This document shows positions 1-14,600 of a stretch of DNA of 64,000 bases, piece after piece (position 1 is the first letter of the stretch; every line of letters begins with the position of its first letter). Location of the stretch: NCBI GenBank assembly GCA_030141605.1, contig JAQGDQ010000094.1, positions 590,429 to 654,428 of the forward strand, in the 5' to 3' direction. The DNA is from Tubiluchus corallicola. Taxonomy: Eukaryota > Animalia > Priapulida. The notes beneath the pieces were generated by a model. That model did not search any database and was not told the DNA's origin. It was given only the letters and a program-made list of their open reading frames with translations. Position numbers and translations under genes: made by a program.

Positions 1-247
1 AGAGGGAAAATAAGAGAGGAAGAGAAGCTTAAACGAACGAAAAAGTATGAATCGGAAGTGGTATCAATTTACTATGCATGAGTTCTGTTTCATATACGCC
101 GTAGCAGCAACGGTATGTCATGCATTTTTAACATCATATAGGTTGCTTTATATTACTATCTCCTATAGTAATTAATAATGTACGAAATAGACGGTCAGTC
201 TTGATTCGATCGTCAGCGTTGCAATTTAGGATAACAGAGAAACGCAA

Positions 248-585
248 CAGCTTACCGGGCTTTCTACAGCTTACCTGACTTTGTACAGCTTACCCGGTTT
301 TCACAGCTTACTCAGCTTTCTACAGATTACCTGACTTTCTGAAGATTACCAGCCTTTCTGCAACTTACCTGGCTTTCTGCAACTTGCCTGGTTTTCTACA
401 GCTTACCCAGCTGTCGGCCACTTAGATGGCTTTCTACAGTTTACCTGCTCTCTACAGCTTACCCGGCTTTCTGCAACTTACATGGCTTTCTACAGTTTAC
501 CTGGCTTTCTACAGATTACCCGGTTTTCTGCAACTTACATGGCTTTCTACAGTTTACCTGCTTTCTACAGATTACCCGATTTTCT
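248..585. repeat. 19-bp minisatellite (consensus CAGCTTACCTGGCTTTCTA), about 17 degenerate copies
   Basis: Unit visibly repeated (cagcttaccgggctttcta, cagcttacctgactttgta, caacttacctggctttctg...), with a 57-bp higher-order repeat around 470-560. It explains the repetitive ORF 426..674. Confidence 0.9.
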
Positions 586-2076
586 TTATTGTACATAAAA
601 CGCTTCTGCCTAGTCGTAAATACATGCCACAGTCAATGAAATGTTTAGTGCACTCTATTGGAATAGAAATTTGAGGAAACACTGGTTACGTGGATTTCAA
701 CATTTTGATGACAAGTTATTGCGTTGCCTTCAAGTTCAATTTTTAACTTATTTCACGTTTTTGCGTCTTTCTGCCCATAAGTGTGGGCCACTAGGTTCAA
801 CAAATTATGCGGTTAACAGTTCTAATTTACGTGTGCTTTATTTTTGTATACTACTTATACACAGAAAACGATATATCAGAGTCACAATTAACAAAATAAT
901 AAATTTCACGAGAAATGATGTTGCAACAAGCTAAAAGTTTAAAAAGCCCGCCCAGTCTTACGACACTATGGGAATCCATCTTAGCAGTTATAGCTGAAGT
1001 TACAGTATTGAGATACATAGTGGTACTAATGAGCTATCACCTTGCTCAAAGTCGTTGATTTCTGCATACCATGTAGCGTACCCGTATGCCAATGATTCTA
1101 ACCCTGCAGGCCACGGCCTGTCAACCAGGACTTTTTCAATCTTAGCTTAATTTTATTCTGTGTAGGTTTGCAGTGTATGATGCGTTTTCTGATTTTGATT
1201 TTGAAGCACTGGCTAATGCACGACGTCAATGAGTGTGGTTTCATTGAATTCCCAAAATCCTTTAAGGTGAAATGCACAATAAGTTTAAAAAGAATAAAAA
1301 AGTAAGAAAGAATAATAAAAACTTTTATAAAGTCATATTAAAGGTAAAACAGCTCAACCTTGCAGGTATAAACATGTAAGTGTCCCTAAAGGGTAAATAC
1401 GAACTGAAGCTTTCCTTATAAAGGTCACATTGTCATTCAGTGATTAATCAATTGACTTAGTCTACAAAGCCAGTGGTCATTTTTCAATCGAATTTACGAT
1501 GTGTCACACGACAGTTTATCTACAGTTCGCTTTCACATATTTTACATATTATCCTTTCTCAAACTACATGCTAATGATTTACATTCTATGTTTGAGTAAT
1601 TACGGTATCATGCATATTACATGGCTAGCGTTGTTGTGAGAGTATTTGCAGCGTGATGTGGTTTTTATTGACCGTGCTACTCTCTGTACCTTACGAGAGC
1701 TTGTGCAGCGATATGTCATTGCGCCTGATCTGCATATTTATACAAGCCGAAGCTGAGTGCATGATATGTGTTTAGAATATAATATTGCATGAAATTATGC
1801 TCTCAGAGAGATGGTAAACGTTGAAGTGGACATTTGCTATGATTTATAAGCTATGGGCAGAAAGTTGGACGAACGCCGTTTGCCATGCTATTAATTTCAA
1901 GAAGAAAGTTTTGTTTTCACATTTTAAAGAAATTCCAATTACGTTTAACTGCTGAAAGGCCGCAACGTATACATAATGTGACCAGTTAATTAAAATAAGT
2001 GATGAAAATTCTGCTATCTATTCATTCCAGGCATACAATATGATATTAATATAAACGAGTGTTTAGGCAACAGGAA

Positions 2077-2168
2077 TGGCAGAATGGTTACTATATGTGG
2101 TTGATGACCGAAGTTAAGCAACAATTGCCATAGTCAATAAATGGATGGGTTACCACCGGGAGCAATAC
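2077..2168 (+). mobile_element. 5S rRNA-derived fragment (SINE3-like or 5S pseudogene) preceded by a tRNA A-box-like motif
   Basis: GATGACCGAAGTTAAGCAAC...TGGATGGGTTACCACCGGGA (2103-2161) resembles the internal control region of invertebrate 5S rRNA (GATCACCGAAGTTAAGCAAC...TGGATGGGTGACCGCCTGGGA). TGGCAGAATGG at 2077 resembles a Pol III A box. The 5S 5' end is absent. Confidence 0.6.
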
Positions 2169-5100
2169 TCATTTTAAGTGGTTAAGATTTCACCGCCGTC
2201 TTAGTGTCATCTTGAGGTTAATCCCAATAATTACCTAGATACAGGTCCTGCCACAATGTTAATTAGGCTCTTTCATTGAGTGCTGAATCCCAGTGTGTAA
2301 TGTCCTGAACTTTCTGAAGAATCATCCTACATGTAACATATTTCTTACACAAAAATAACAAGTTTTCCATAGTTTCATTCCTAACGTCGCGTAGCTAATA
2401 AACAAGTTTACAAATAATCAACCATTAACTTTCTCCACCAAATATTAAAAGGTGTATTTCCACACATATCTTAATCTAATTTAAAAAATATATAATAATT
2501 AAATTTTAAAGTTATTAAAGTTAATAAGTAAGTAAAGTTATAATAAGCGTATAGAGTAACATGCACACGCGCCCAAGCACGCACACGCTCATGCACACGC
2601 GGTTAATATGTCTTGGGGTTGTAGGATAACGAATAAATATTGGGCCAGAACCCGTTTTTTAAGTTCAGTTACAAAATGATTTGTCACATGGCTATGGCTA
2701 TGGCCTTGAGCCATGACTATTTGGCTATAGAGTGACTAAGGAGGTGTGTCATGACCCATAGACATCGACCTCGGGACATATAGGCCTCACCTTGTTATTA
2801 GTTAATGAAATTTTACATCTTTGTTGCAGTTCATCTTATTTTCAATAAACATAGCGCTTGTACAAGTCTATAATGTGTTTACTGCATTCTGATAATTACA
2901 CGTAAATTAATATTCCCTTAAACTCTAACTGAATTGTCGTCTGCTGAATTCTACGTACACAATCACATTGTGTGAAGATTGTGGGTTCAACTGTAGCAGC
3001 CTAATTCACTGGCTTCAGAGGAAGAGAAATTATAGTTGCAGCCAGCAAGTGTTATGCTAGTAATAATTAGCACAGCATCTGCCTACTAGTCTATAGTTTC
3101 ATACCTTTGTGCGCATGCGCACACGTACCGGAATTATAAATGCTGCGTGAATTGGAAATGAACGCATTAGACCTGTATAACACCTGTAGAATAAAGGCAC
3201 CAGAACGCCATTAAATGGTGATACTTCATATAACGTAATTGTTTATACTGCGGTGGAAAGTAAATCTGATGTGTAGTATTGGGTATTAGTATCAACACAA
3301 GCGAAATTGGGTTGCCATGTAGAGCGTGACTGCGTTTATCGAATGCAGTAGCCTGGAAGTGGATTTCTTGGCTTCAATTTAAGTGTAGGCATAGGGAGGC
3401 CAGGATAAACAAGATTTATGTGCTGAGGTTGAGAGGTTGACACCGGAACTGTGCAGTGTGAGACTCGCTGAGTCCGTTGCTGTTACCGTTACCTTGGTGA
3501 TTCTGGTATAAGGGCGATTGGATGCTGCAGCCATGGTTACCCCAGCTGATTAGCAGGTATTTGCCCATTGTACGTAATGTTAGGTAGGCATGCTGTACGT
3601 ATTCTCAATTAGCATAGTTATATCAGCCAAAAAATTTTATATAAAAACGCAATTAAAAATGGCTCAGTTGATATTTTGCTAGTGCAATTAAGTAACACAT
3701 TGTGTTGTCTACAAAGCGTTTTTACTGTACATTTACTTTACCTTCTCTTAAAAGGTTTACTTTTAAAGTTAGTTAACATGCAAGTACCGAATTTACTTGC
3801 ATATTAGTATAGTTGAATATACTTGTAGAATCTCAGTATTGTTTCTGAGATCAATGAGAAAGCCAGATCCTCGGAAAGAAAGAAGCCAGCCTGCAACCAA
3901 AAGGAACGCACTGTCATTTCAATTATGAGTTCTTGGTGTATTTTCGGTTGTGTAATTTTAGCTCTGCTAACTGCATGGTTGAAGGTTCTGTTGCTCGCGT
4001 AATGGTTTTCCACAGACCACACAGGAATTTCACGGGAAAAATGTTTGTCCGCGGCAACCAGCTACTATACATAGCCGTGTAGTCGCTTTTAGCTATTTAT
4101 TGTTTTATTCAACATTATAGCTTGCTAGAACTGACTTTTACGTTATTCACAGTATAAATTTTTGTAGCTTTATACTCAAATAAATTCAATTCAATTCAAT
4201 TCTACAAAACCAGTAACGAAATAGTAACAATTTTACACAGTTTTAGGTGAATATTATGCAAATAGAATATCTAAAAACTTTTATTACCTTGGTACTTGCC
4301 AGTAATATCTTTAAGCTGAATAGTAGGTTAGCTGAATAGAATGTAGAACTTTTCTGTATTTATGGTTTGGAGTGCGGAAATTTGAGCATGTAAATGTAAA
4401 TGTGTGGAAAAAATGGAAATGTGGCTTAACAAAAACGTAAAGTTGGATGACCTTTTCAAATTCGATTCGCGTTTTTGCTATGTTCTTGTCTTGGGCTTGT
4501 ACGTGTCGTATAGCAGTATATCTCAGCTTAACTGTGAGAAACCGCACTTTGCCATATTTCTGCTGGTTTTATAGTAACAGAACACCACCATAAATAATTG
4601 AAAAAGCTCACAGTCGGATGTTGATAGCAACTATACTGCGTTCATTCACGTGTGTGTGTTTAATTAGCCGATCAGCATCCCTAGAGAATCATATGAAGCC
4701 ATAATGATACTGCTTGAACTTCATTGTAACACCTAACAGTACTCTGTGTCTCTAGATGTTAGAGGATGCTGAATCTCAAGCGACTTATGGGCAGGTAATT
4801 GGTTCTAATCATCTGGTCGTGTAGATTGTATCCTTGGCTGATTGTGTGTCGCTAAAATTGTCTGAAATAACTGGAAAGATGACAGCCAAGATGGCCGTAA
4901 ATTGAATCAAATTGCAAGATTAGGTGGGTTTCGCTGCGATGTAGAATGTTTGAAAGATGTGCTTGCATGTTAGAAGAGCAAGTTGTAAAAATCATTCACC
5001 AAACTACACTAAGTAGATAAGATGAGAATTTAGACACTAGGGAAGTTGCAAATATGAAAGACGTGGAAGAGATTTAAATAATAACTGGTCACAGTGTTTC

Positions 5101-6771
5101 TGCGTTTCTCAGAATCCTGATATCTCAGCTTTGTATATACTAATTTATGTCATTGCACCTTTGCATGTATGTGTAAGTTACTTAACTTGGTCAAAATGTA
5201 TGCATATGCTGCATAACCCGTGTTCACAATAAGAAACGAATGATTATGATATTAAATATGTAATTAAAATTAATTACGCAATTAAAAATTTGAAAAAGGC
5301 GAAATGTGCTATTGATACGTGATGTGTGATGTGTTTTAATGGTAATGATAAATTTCTCATTTCAGTTAAAAATGGTTTATCAGTACATAAAAGCAACTTA
5401 TTTGTGAACTTTGTAACTAGATTTCGTGTTGAGCGGCTATTCAAAAACTAAATTTAATTTTTTTTATGTATTTCAGTAAACTCTATTATGGAAAGCCTTA
5501 GCGAGATGCTAATATGTAGTTAGATTCAACACACATCAGTAACCGATTTTATACCATACAGTAGCGCCATTAAGGCGTCAGTAAGCCTATTATAATTATT
5601 GAAGTTCATTTTTTATTAAATATTACCTATTTACCCACGCTCGCCTATAATTATATCGTAACTCAATATGTTAATCCATCATTTAGAATTAATCCAACCA
5701 TTTATTTTCAACCTCGTCTCATTTTATCCTTAACTTTCTATCTAGGCTCTACGTTTGTCACACATCCCAGCTTTCACTGTTGCTAAACCTTTCTGCGACT
5801 TAAATGCCATTTATAATAAATGTACTACAATAATGTACACTTGTAATTTTCTTATTAGATATGAATCACATCCGATAAGTTTTGGTATAGGGATTTCTTC
5901 CTGTTGGGAACATCAGTATAATTTATGTTTATGAAAGTATGTAATCTATCTACCATGGATAATCTTAAAACAAAAATACAGTCGAAACGAGTTGCCACCT
6001 TAAACTATAAGACTGGGAGAATGGAACCGAGTAAAACAAGAGGAACTTTTTAAACAATCAGAGAAGGTAATTACATTCCTAGTGCGATATTTCGACAATG
6101 ATAGTTTGTCGTGAGTTGTGAAACATTTGTTAGCTTACTGAAATGATTCCGAGTCAACTGATGGGGATAATTGAAAATTATCACTTGTTGCCCGGCAACT
6201 TCAGCTTCAGCAGCGGCGCCGCGCAATTTTCATCGCCTTTAGTCATCAACTCTACACAATTTCACGACAACAGATGAATTGATTATTATAATTCTTTAAA
6301 ATAAAACTTGTTTATAAAGTAATTTCTTAGCTTGAAACGAACGAATGTCAGAAATATTTTTAAGTATCCTTGGAGGCAAATTAGTTTAGATTAAGAATTT
6401 CATTTCACGTGAAGCGAAGTGAATATCTGCGTGATCACGACGTGTTCTTCGTGACGGAAGTTAAGAACAGGTGAAAAAATGCTCACGCAACCTCAAGCCG
6501 AGCAGTGATTGAGAACTACTTGCAGATATGTTCGACAGCAACAACAATAAGTGGTTTTTGGTACAACGTACCTCTTGCGGCAGCACTTCCTGAAGTTTGC
6601 CATTTTGGGGTTGATTTTATGCTTCCTGTGTAATTTGTTTAGTTCTTTTAATAACAGAGCCAGATTCTTAACGCATTCTACTAATTTCCTCATAAAACGT
6701 TAAAAAAGAGAATAACATTGGCGAAAAATGACGAAAAAAAAAATGATCAAGAAAAACAAACACCATCACTG

Positions 6772-6810
6772 CAACAACAACAACTACAACAACAACAACA
6801 ACAACAACAA
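6772..6810. repeat. (CAA)n microsatellite
   Basis: caacaacaacaactacaacaacaacaacaacaacaacaa. Confidence 0.95.
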
Positions 6811-7318
6811 GTACGTCGATCAAAAAATATCATACTAATTAACATTGCAGGCCTACAGGCTTCTTCTTTAAGCTTAATTTTTTTCCAATAAACATTGATA
6901 CTGCTGCTACTGCAGTGATGTTTTTCCACGATGGGTCGAAAGTTTATACACAATAATTACAAACCCCGCGGTTTATTGACAGTAATCTGTTGTCCAACGA
7001 GTGATTGTTAACCGTCTTTATCGTTCTGCATGGAAGATGCTCTCATGTCCAGCCGTTTCGAGAGGCGGTTGAATAACTTGAATACATGTGACAAAGAAAT
7101 TTCTGCGAATTTATGCTTAATGATGTAAAGTGATTTTATTACTGACACTTCTATATTAACTTGTGGTGTACCTTATAGGCGTTCTGAGCTTGTATGAAAT
7201 TTTAGTTATCTGACCGATCCACTTATGATTGTTTTTGGCTCATAATGGCAACACGAGAAAAGTTTTCACAGTTTATATGACCTGCTATAATTAAGTAAAC
7301 GCACAACAGATGTAACAT

Positions 7319-7321
<3 letters not shown>

Positions 7322-7356
<35 letters not shown>

Positions 7357-7367
7357 GATTATTATTA

Positions 7368-7434
<67 letters not shown>
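7322..7434. repeat. (ATT)n microsatellite
   Basis: Long near-perfect ATT run. Confidence 0.98.
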
Positions 7435-7435
<1 letters not shown>

Positions 7436-7805
7436 AGAGGCACAATTACTATAATTGTTATTTTGTGATAATAATAATAATCACCATACTAATGCTCTCC
7501 CAACTGCATAGTGACGCCTTCAACTAGTATTTGTTTCAGTAACTGGTAACATTTTCATAACTTTAGATATCTTGCTTTTAACTTTGTTTTTTTAAATTTT
7601 ATGCATAAACACAAAATAGACGCCAACCAATAAATTTCTTACACTTGCCGGCCAAAAACAGACACTGTTAATCAATAGCAAGTTAGTTTAAGATTTTGTT
7701 TTCTGGTGCTGTGTTTAAATTTTCACTTCTTAAGTGTAGTTAATTTGTTTAACTTCTTTGTGTAAAAACATATATTTGCAGGCCTAAATCAACATTTGGG
7801 TTAAT

Positions 7806-8002
7806 TGGCGTTTATGTAGCTTCCGGAATGCGCATGCGTTATGGGAGTGCGAAGTAGATGAAATCAGTTTATATTATTTTCAATGCACCCGTTCATATGA
7901 CCTGCGTTATGCGCTATTTTTTTCTGCAGTTATTTCTTATTAATTTTTTTATTCCGCAGGCGGAAACGCATAACGCGTTCCGGATGCTACATGAACACCA
8001 CT
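7806..8002. mobile_element. MITE family A, copy 1 (possibly PIF/Harbinger/Tourist-like)
   Basis: Imperfect TIRs: TGGCGTTTATGTAGCTTCCGGAATGCG at the left end versus CGCGTTCCGGATGCTACATGAACACCA at the right end. The internal sequence is homologous to 35293-35469. Confidence 0.75.
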
Positions 8003-8515
8003 AGTCTGCTGTTTAGGAATTCTCACCCGTAACATATTATACGGGTTTACAGATCCCGTCCGGCAAAGAGATTGGGGAATCTACTCGTATGAATATTTCA
8101 TGAGTCTTCAAATATTTCACGAGTGTTCACGGTAACTCCTGGAAAAGCGGGAAACAATATCAATTACTGTAGACTACTTTGATGGCATAAAAACATTTTG
8201 ATATCGCGTTTGCTGCATCAAACAGATATAAAGTAGCACTTTATTGGCCAAAACAACGCGCAAGCAAACACATCGAGAGCCTTGTAGGTGATTTTAACTT
8301 CTGGAAATATCAGTGTAACAAGTGCACAATACGCCAACAACTATTATTCTGATCATTTTTGCTACCGATAACTGCAGCCAAAAAAGAAGGTGCAGACATA
8401 GCACTACTATCATTATTTAATTTCAGCTTAAGTTGTTTAACCAACGATATCATCCCCTCCTCCAGAATCTTTGCACTGATCACGCAGTTAACTATTAGTC
8501 GCTTAATTTAAATAC

Positions 8516-8645
8516 TAGTGGTAGTGGTAGTAGTGTTGGTAGTGGCAGCGGTAGCGGTAGCGATAGTGTGCAGCAGCAGCAGTGGCAGTGGCAGCAGAAG
8601 CGGCAGCAGCAGTAGCAGTAGCAATAGCAGTACCAGTAATAGTAA
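8516..8645. repeat. Compound (GTA/GTG/GCA)n low-complexity trinucleotide tract
   Basis: tagtggtagtggtagtag...gcagcagcagtagcagtagc; it produces the spurious poly-V/S and poly-C ORFs. Confidence 0.9.
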
Positions 8646-11600
8646 CTCAACCTTTTTGCAGAGACACTTAAATAGAACACTTAAATTTGTTTTGACTTCC
8701 TATCAGTCGAATACAATCGTATTGCAATAAAAATACATCATAACGTTTTAATTATATCCATTTGAAATTTCTTTAATTCAACTAATTGTTTGTTAGTGGC
8801 ACAAACTCTGTTATGATTTGTTATAAATCTGTTAATCATAGAATGAATAAAATTGGATCCAATTCCATAGATGATTGAAACTAATGTGATGTAACTGTAT
8901 TTCCATAGCCAAAGATTTTAGTATTGGCTGCAGGGAGCTGCTTAAAGGTGCACCTTAAATTCCGGTTAAATCCAAAACAAGATTTGTAAAACACTTTTCA
9001 GCGGAACACTAAACTGCATTACAATTCGATTAACAGGATGTGCATTCTGCCATCTTAAAGAACTTAGCTTCCCAAAAGTCACCGCGGGACGTCCCATAAT
9101 GCGCTGTTAAGAAAAACATCTCAGCGAGACTGGGCAAAGAAAGGTTTTTCGTACATCTATGTAGACGGTTTGAGATGCAGATGGATGCCACATGCTACGA
9201 AAAAACACATCTCGTTTTAGCTTATCCTTTCCTTATGTTCCTGTGGTGTGGAAGGGAGGTAAGGATGGTTCGGAAGATGTTCTTCGGTTAAATCCATTTT
9301 TAAAATCTTATGTAATAGTCGTTATTAATCGACCAATGTAACTGCGCAATAGCCTACACGATTTGCCGTCCGATAAGGGGTCGCTATCTTGAAAAGTTAT
9401 TATAATTAAAACGGGCTCTAGGCAGTTTGATGTCCTAGGCGAAAACTATTTGTAGCGTCGCCTCCTCAGCGGTCAACCCCCTTCCTTCATGGTTTTCATC
9501 CCACAGCCAAAATTGAATTTTGTTGCATGTATAAGTAGTACTTGTGTGTTAGGCTAATACATGTATTATAATGTGCTAATTAAGTGTAGTTAATTAACTA
9601 TCTACAGCATGTGTTGATTAAATGTAAAATTGAGTTTATGACCCAATTATACGTCCTGGATGTTCAGGAGCAATGAAAATTTCTTCTATTTTGCTAACAC
9701 TTTTCACGTACATGCTTTTGGCTAGATTTTTCCTGAATCTTTCCATCAATAAATTTTTGAAACACCAACTTCTCTTTTTATATCTATTTCACTAGTTTCA
9801 TCGTCTTTACAACCATAACTCTGGTCTGGTTGAAAATACTGACGTAGACATTCGATATAAGTAATTGTACTTCCAAGAGTGGAACTCATTTATTGTTTTA
9901 AACTAACTGTGTTCCTGTTGTATAGTTTTATCTTATGTGTATAGTTTTGTATTCTGCATTTCCTAATCGTTTTATATAGTACTCTACATATTGATTTAAA
10001 TCTAAAATGAAATAAAATAAAATAACATAAACATCTTTAGTGAATTTGTTTGTTGTTTAGTGTCCGCCTTTCGTTTCCTGTATTACGCTTCTGAAGGTAT
10101 ATTCGATTCTTATATGTTTTTCCGCTACAATTAGGCCAAGATTTTCCTATTGCGAAATCTTCTTGTTAGACAAACACTTTTTTATTAACAGGAGTAGATG
10201 CAATATGAACTGTAGGCAAAAGGAGGGAAATAACGTAATATTGGGAAACCAATTAAAACAAAAGTGGAAAGTGTTTTGCTGCAGGTCAGTGTCGATGAAT
10301 CATACATTTTCAAGAAATTTTTGACACAAATTAACACTTTGTACACAAAGAAATTTAGGCACAGTGACACGAGCTGAAGTTGAGTAGTGGTTATTTTGGA
10401 CATACAACACCTTGCAGATCACTCTGCCTGTGATTTTAGTACGAAGACATTTGACAAATAAGGCGAAAGTACAAAACGAGTTTTTTGGAGCTGCTTAAAT
10501 CACAAGAAGACACCCGTCATAAATAAAAAAATTGTCTTGAAATTTTTTGTCATTGTCTTATTGCATACAAACTTGCGCTAGCAGTAACACTGTATAAAAC
10601 TTTTAAATTAAAACTCCCGCGATGACTGTAGGTGTAGCAATTTTAACCATAAGTCGTTTGAAACAAATTTAGATAACATTGCATAAAGTTTGAAAAAATA
10701 ATAATCAGAATAGTTGTAGCACACTTTGTGCTAACTAAGCAAAAGTAAAAAATCACCTTATTTTGTTAGTAAGATCAATAATGTGTTTTGGTCTCGAAAT
10801 TTCCGAAAATTCAGAACGACTGTTCGTATTTCTACATATAAAATTGCAAAAACAGGTTTTTATCGCCGTATTTCAATTCCAATTCTTATATGTTAAATTT
10901 TAAACTTAAATTTACTGTATTTGTTGCTTGTCTATGATAGCACATTGCTGCTTTTTAAACGTTCTACATAAAAGTTTAAAAATTGATACTCAAATTGAAA
11001 ACTTTATCTTTTCCCAATTACTAGCTAAGCAGCATAAGCTAGAGGAAGTGTGTCTGACTCTAAAAGCTGATTATAATTTTGAAGCGGAAGTTTGTACCGA
11101 TGCTTCTTTCGTAATTACTGTGCAATGACCATGTTTCTTTGACGCGAACGTTGCCATATAAGTAATTTTGACTTTTGGAGCACAGTGTAACTTGGACGTC
11201 ACAAAAGCTCTCTGCAAGAATCATTTACAGTCATCCATCACAGCGCAGTCGTTAGTCTGCTGTGTGCTAGTTTAGAAGCCAGAGTTTTTATGGCTTCCCA
11301 AAGATAAATGAATGTTTTCAGCTGCAAGAGCGCGGCCTGACGCAAAAAAGCTAAAAACATCGTTGACCCGGTTTTAATGCCTTTGCGCATGCGGGGCGAA
11401 CATTTTACTTAACATGCAAAATTTGTAAACATATTTTCACTTGTTTTTTGGGTGATGTGACACCTACCATCGTGTATAAACGACTTTGGACTTGCTGAAT
11501 TGTAAAGAAGATTGAACGTTGTTCGGTAACACGGTTACACAGAAATTTAGGTACCTCTTAACTAGCGGATCTTGGTTTAATTACTGTTATTCGTATATCT

Positions 11601-14600
11601 GCCAAGCACTCAACTTCTGCGCAAATATTTGCTAGGTTTTGCTTAAGTTTTTGTTTAAGTTTTGACGTAAATCACTTACACTTGGCTATACATTTGCTTA
11701 CACTCCTTTCACCAGCTTATTTTTAAATCTGCTTAGGTTACTCATCTACTTTTACTTGCATTAGTTTTGTTAGTATACCTTGATTACATTTGTTTACATT
11801 ATTTACACTTGCCAACAGTTGCACACATTACTTCTGTTAGGTTATTTTGTTTACATTTGTTTATATAGTTACATTTACTTCAATTTGTTGGCATTGCTCC
11901 TATCGTCTTACTTCGTTTACACACGCCTACATCACTTACCTGCTCCACCATACCACTACATTATGTCTGCTAACTTACTTTGTTGAATTTGCTTAGATTA
12001 CTTACCTTAGATTATAATTCCTTTTCATAGTACAAGAAAAACATAGTATAAAACTTATTCATTTAAACTGTTACCTACGTTTTTATGCATCTTTTTGTGC
12101 AAAAATCGTTCTAATTTTAAAATAGATCAACCAAAAATTTCTAGACTTTGCACAACTCACTTATTGGCTTTCTTTGTTTGCAAAATGTTAAAATGGTTTT
12201 TAATTTGTACTATAATTCTGTAAATATTTATTGTGTTTTACATCCAGCTAATATTTACTAAATTTTTATAAACGTGAAACAATAAATTGAGTTTCAAATA
12301 AAAAAATGTAATAGGAAGTTAATTGTTTCCTAAGAATAAAGGCAGCTGCAGTTCTACTAGCATGAGAATACACGTAATAACATGACATGATCAGTCAAAC
12401 GTCTTGAGAATAATAAATTTCTCGTAAAAGCGTTATTGTCCAGAGTAGATTTATTGTATGTGCAGCTGAGCGTAGTTATACTGAGTATGTAGCCTTGGAC
12501 TATAGTGCGAGAGAGAGAAAGAGAGATTGAAATAATATTTCGAACAGTTAAGTTCATATATTTACAAATCCACGCAATTTCACACAAATACATACATGAA
12601 TAAATGTATACTTGAATAATTAAATAACTTGGTGTCAATATTGTAATGCTGGCGATGGTGTCGATTCACTGCAGTACACTTCATTGTAAAACGTGAATTA
12701 GCGAAAAAACAGAGAATTTTTGTAAAATGAACTGGCCAGAACCCAGTGTGCTCCATGTTAATTCTACGGAACAGGTGCTGAGATGTTAATCGCATCTGTC
12801 AGTCAGCCAGTGGAACCGATGAGACCACTCCATATCACCTACTCATAGCTGCTATTCAATGCCGATATGGAATGGCTTCGTAATGTATTAAACCATCACA
12901 ATGTGGTGGTAGGGGTGAAAAGAAATGTCATTTCGCCGCCGTAACTATTAGCTAAAAGTTTAAACACAATTGCTTTTTCGTTCTCAGCATTACAGACAGA
13001 CAGTTCTAAACAGATTGTGTTGCACTTTGTTGCCTATATAATAAAGTTCCCCACTTCTTTCTAATTATGCATGGTGAAACAGACATCACTTTTAAACATA
13101 CAAATTACATTTGAACTGCTGTTCGTACGGATTAGTAAGCTATTTACATATCTTCTGTGTATTACCACGAATTATTTTAAATTTAGTTGTATAGACATAG
13201 ATCTGCGAAATAGTCGATATAAAATTTTTCAAATCTTCTTTATTTGAATTTTTTCACAAATCTTTGCGTTTGTTTGTTAAAACATCTGTCAGATCATACA
13301 AATCACCAGATATGTTAATGGAATTAAACATAATTGTTATAATTATCACAAAAACGAGACAAAATAGAGATAATTTAAACTAATTTTTAACCTTAAGTAG
13401 CAATAGTTATCCAGAAGCTATGAAAGCAAGACACTGACAATAACTGTAGAGGCAAGCGAATTAAACTCTCTACCGGTACACGCCGAAAAGCCAAGATATG
13501 TATGGTTGTGGAAATGCGACTAACCCTTCTAGTCCTATCACCAGAGGCTCTGAAAGGGCAAATAAAATAACTTGAGTAATGGCTTAAACCGCTTGTTGAC
13601 TTATCGTCAAAAATCTAAATACACTGCACCCTGTAATGGTGCGAGTAATTAATTAGTCAAGCTATAAATAGTACAGCTGCGTCACCGTGCCAATAAGAGA
13701 CTTGAAATGACAGTATTTCTCAAGAATGATTAACATCTCAATGTGAACGCGTTACGAGCAGCTATCTTAAAAGGCGCTGTTATTGCTGAATAAGTCATTT
13801 TGACTTCGATGGTCGAAATGGAATGTCGGGTACCATATCTGACTTCATCATTTACAAATAAGGGAATGATGTGGTATTTTTGATTGATTAAATAAGAAGG
13901 AACGTTGGCTAAACAATGTTGGACGCCCCCTGGGTTTGTAAAACGTCATCTGAAGCTTTTAGTCCATTTCTAACTTTTACCCTGGCGACTGGCGTGCTGT
14001 CCATGCTTTTAGTGGGCTTCTAAGTTTTGTCCCAGTGAGATTTCAACGCTGAAATGTTCGTCTCAGCCTCTTACATCAGTTTATGATTAACGTCATTATC
14101 AAGGAAACGATGCCATGGCATATCGTTGTAGTTCTAAAACTGTGCAAGAAGATGTAATATTCCACAGGCTCTGAAATGCTCTAAAAGTTTTGTTATTGTA
14201 TGGCGAAAGAGGCGAATTCATACATTTAAGCCGCTAGACATAATTTACAGGATTTTTTAGACACGGTACAAGAGCAAAAACTACAGCGTCTATGACTTGA
14301 ATCAAATGAAGACTACACCCATTCAAATGAGTGTAACAAACCACAAGTTAAACTTTCTATCTTCTGTGTGTAAAGCCCCTACTGTGCTCTAGAGTCTAGA
14401 TAATCTGGATCCAGGCGGAAACGCATTTTAATTGATGTTATTAGTTTACTATCTGCTTATATCAAGTATGGCATGGCAACACACTGAACATCTGATAATT
14501 TACACTGACAAGCTGCTCAGTAGGGAAGCCTATACTCCTGTTTAGAATATACATGTCTTCCATGTTGTTTAACAAGCTGCAATCCACTTTTCTAGTTTAT

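Noticed and set aside
426-674. 82-aa repetitive ORF / CRISPR-like periodicity
   Set aside because: Product of a head-to-tail 19-bp minisatellite with no unique spacers; eukaryotic context and no cas genes.
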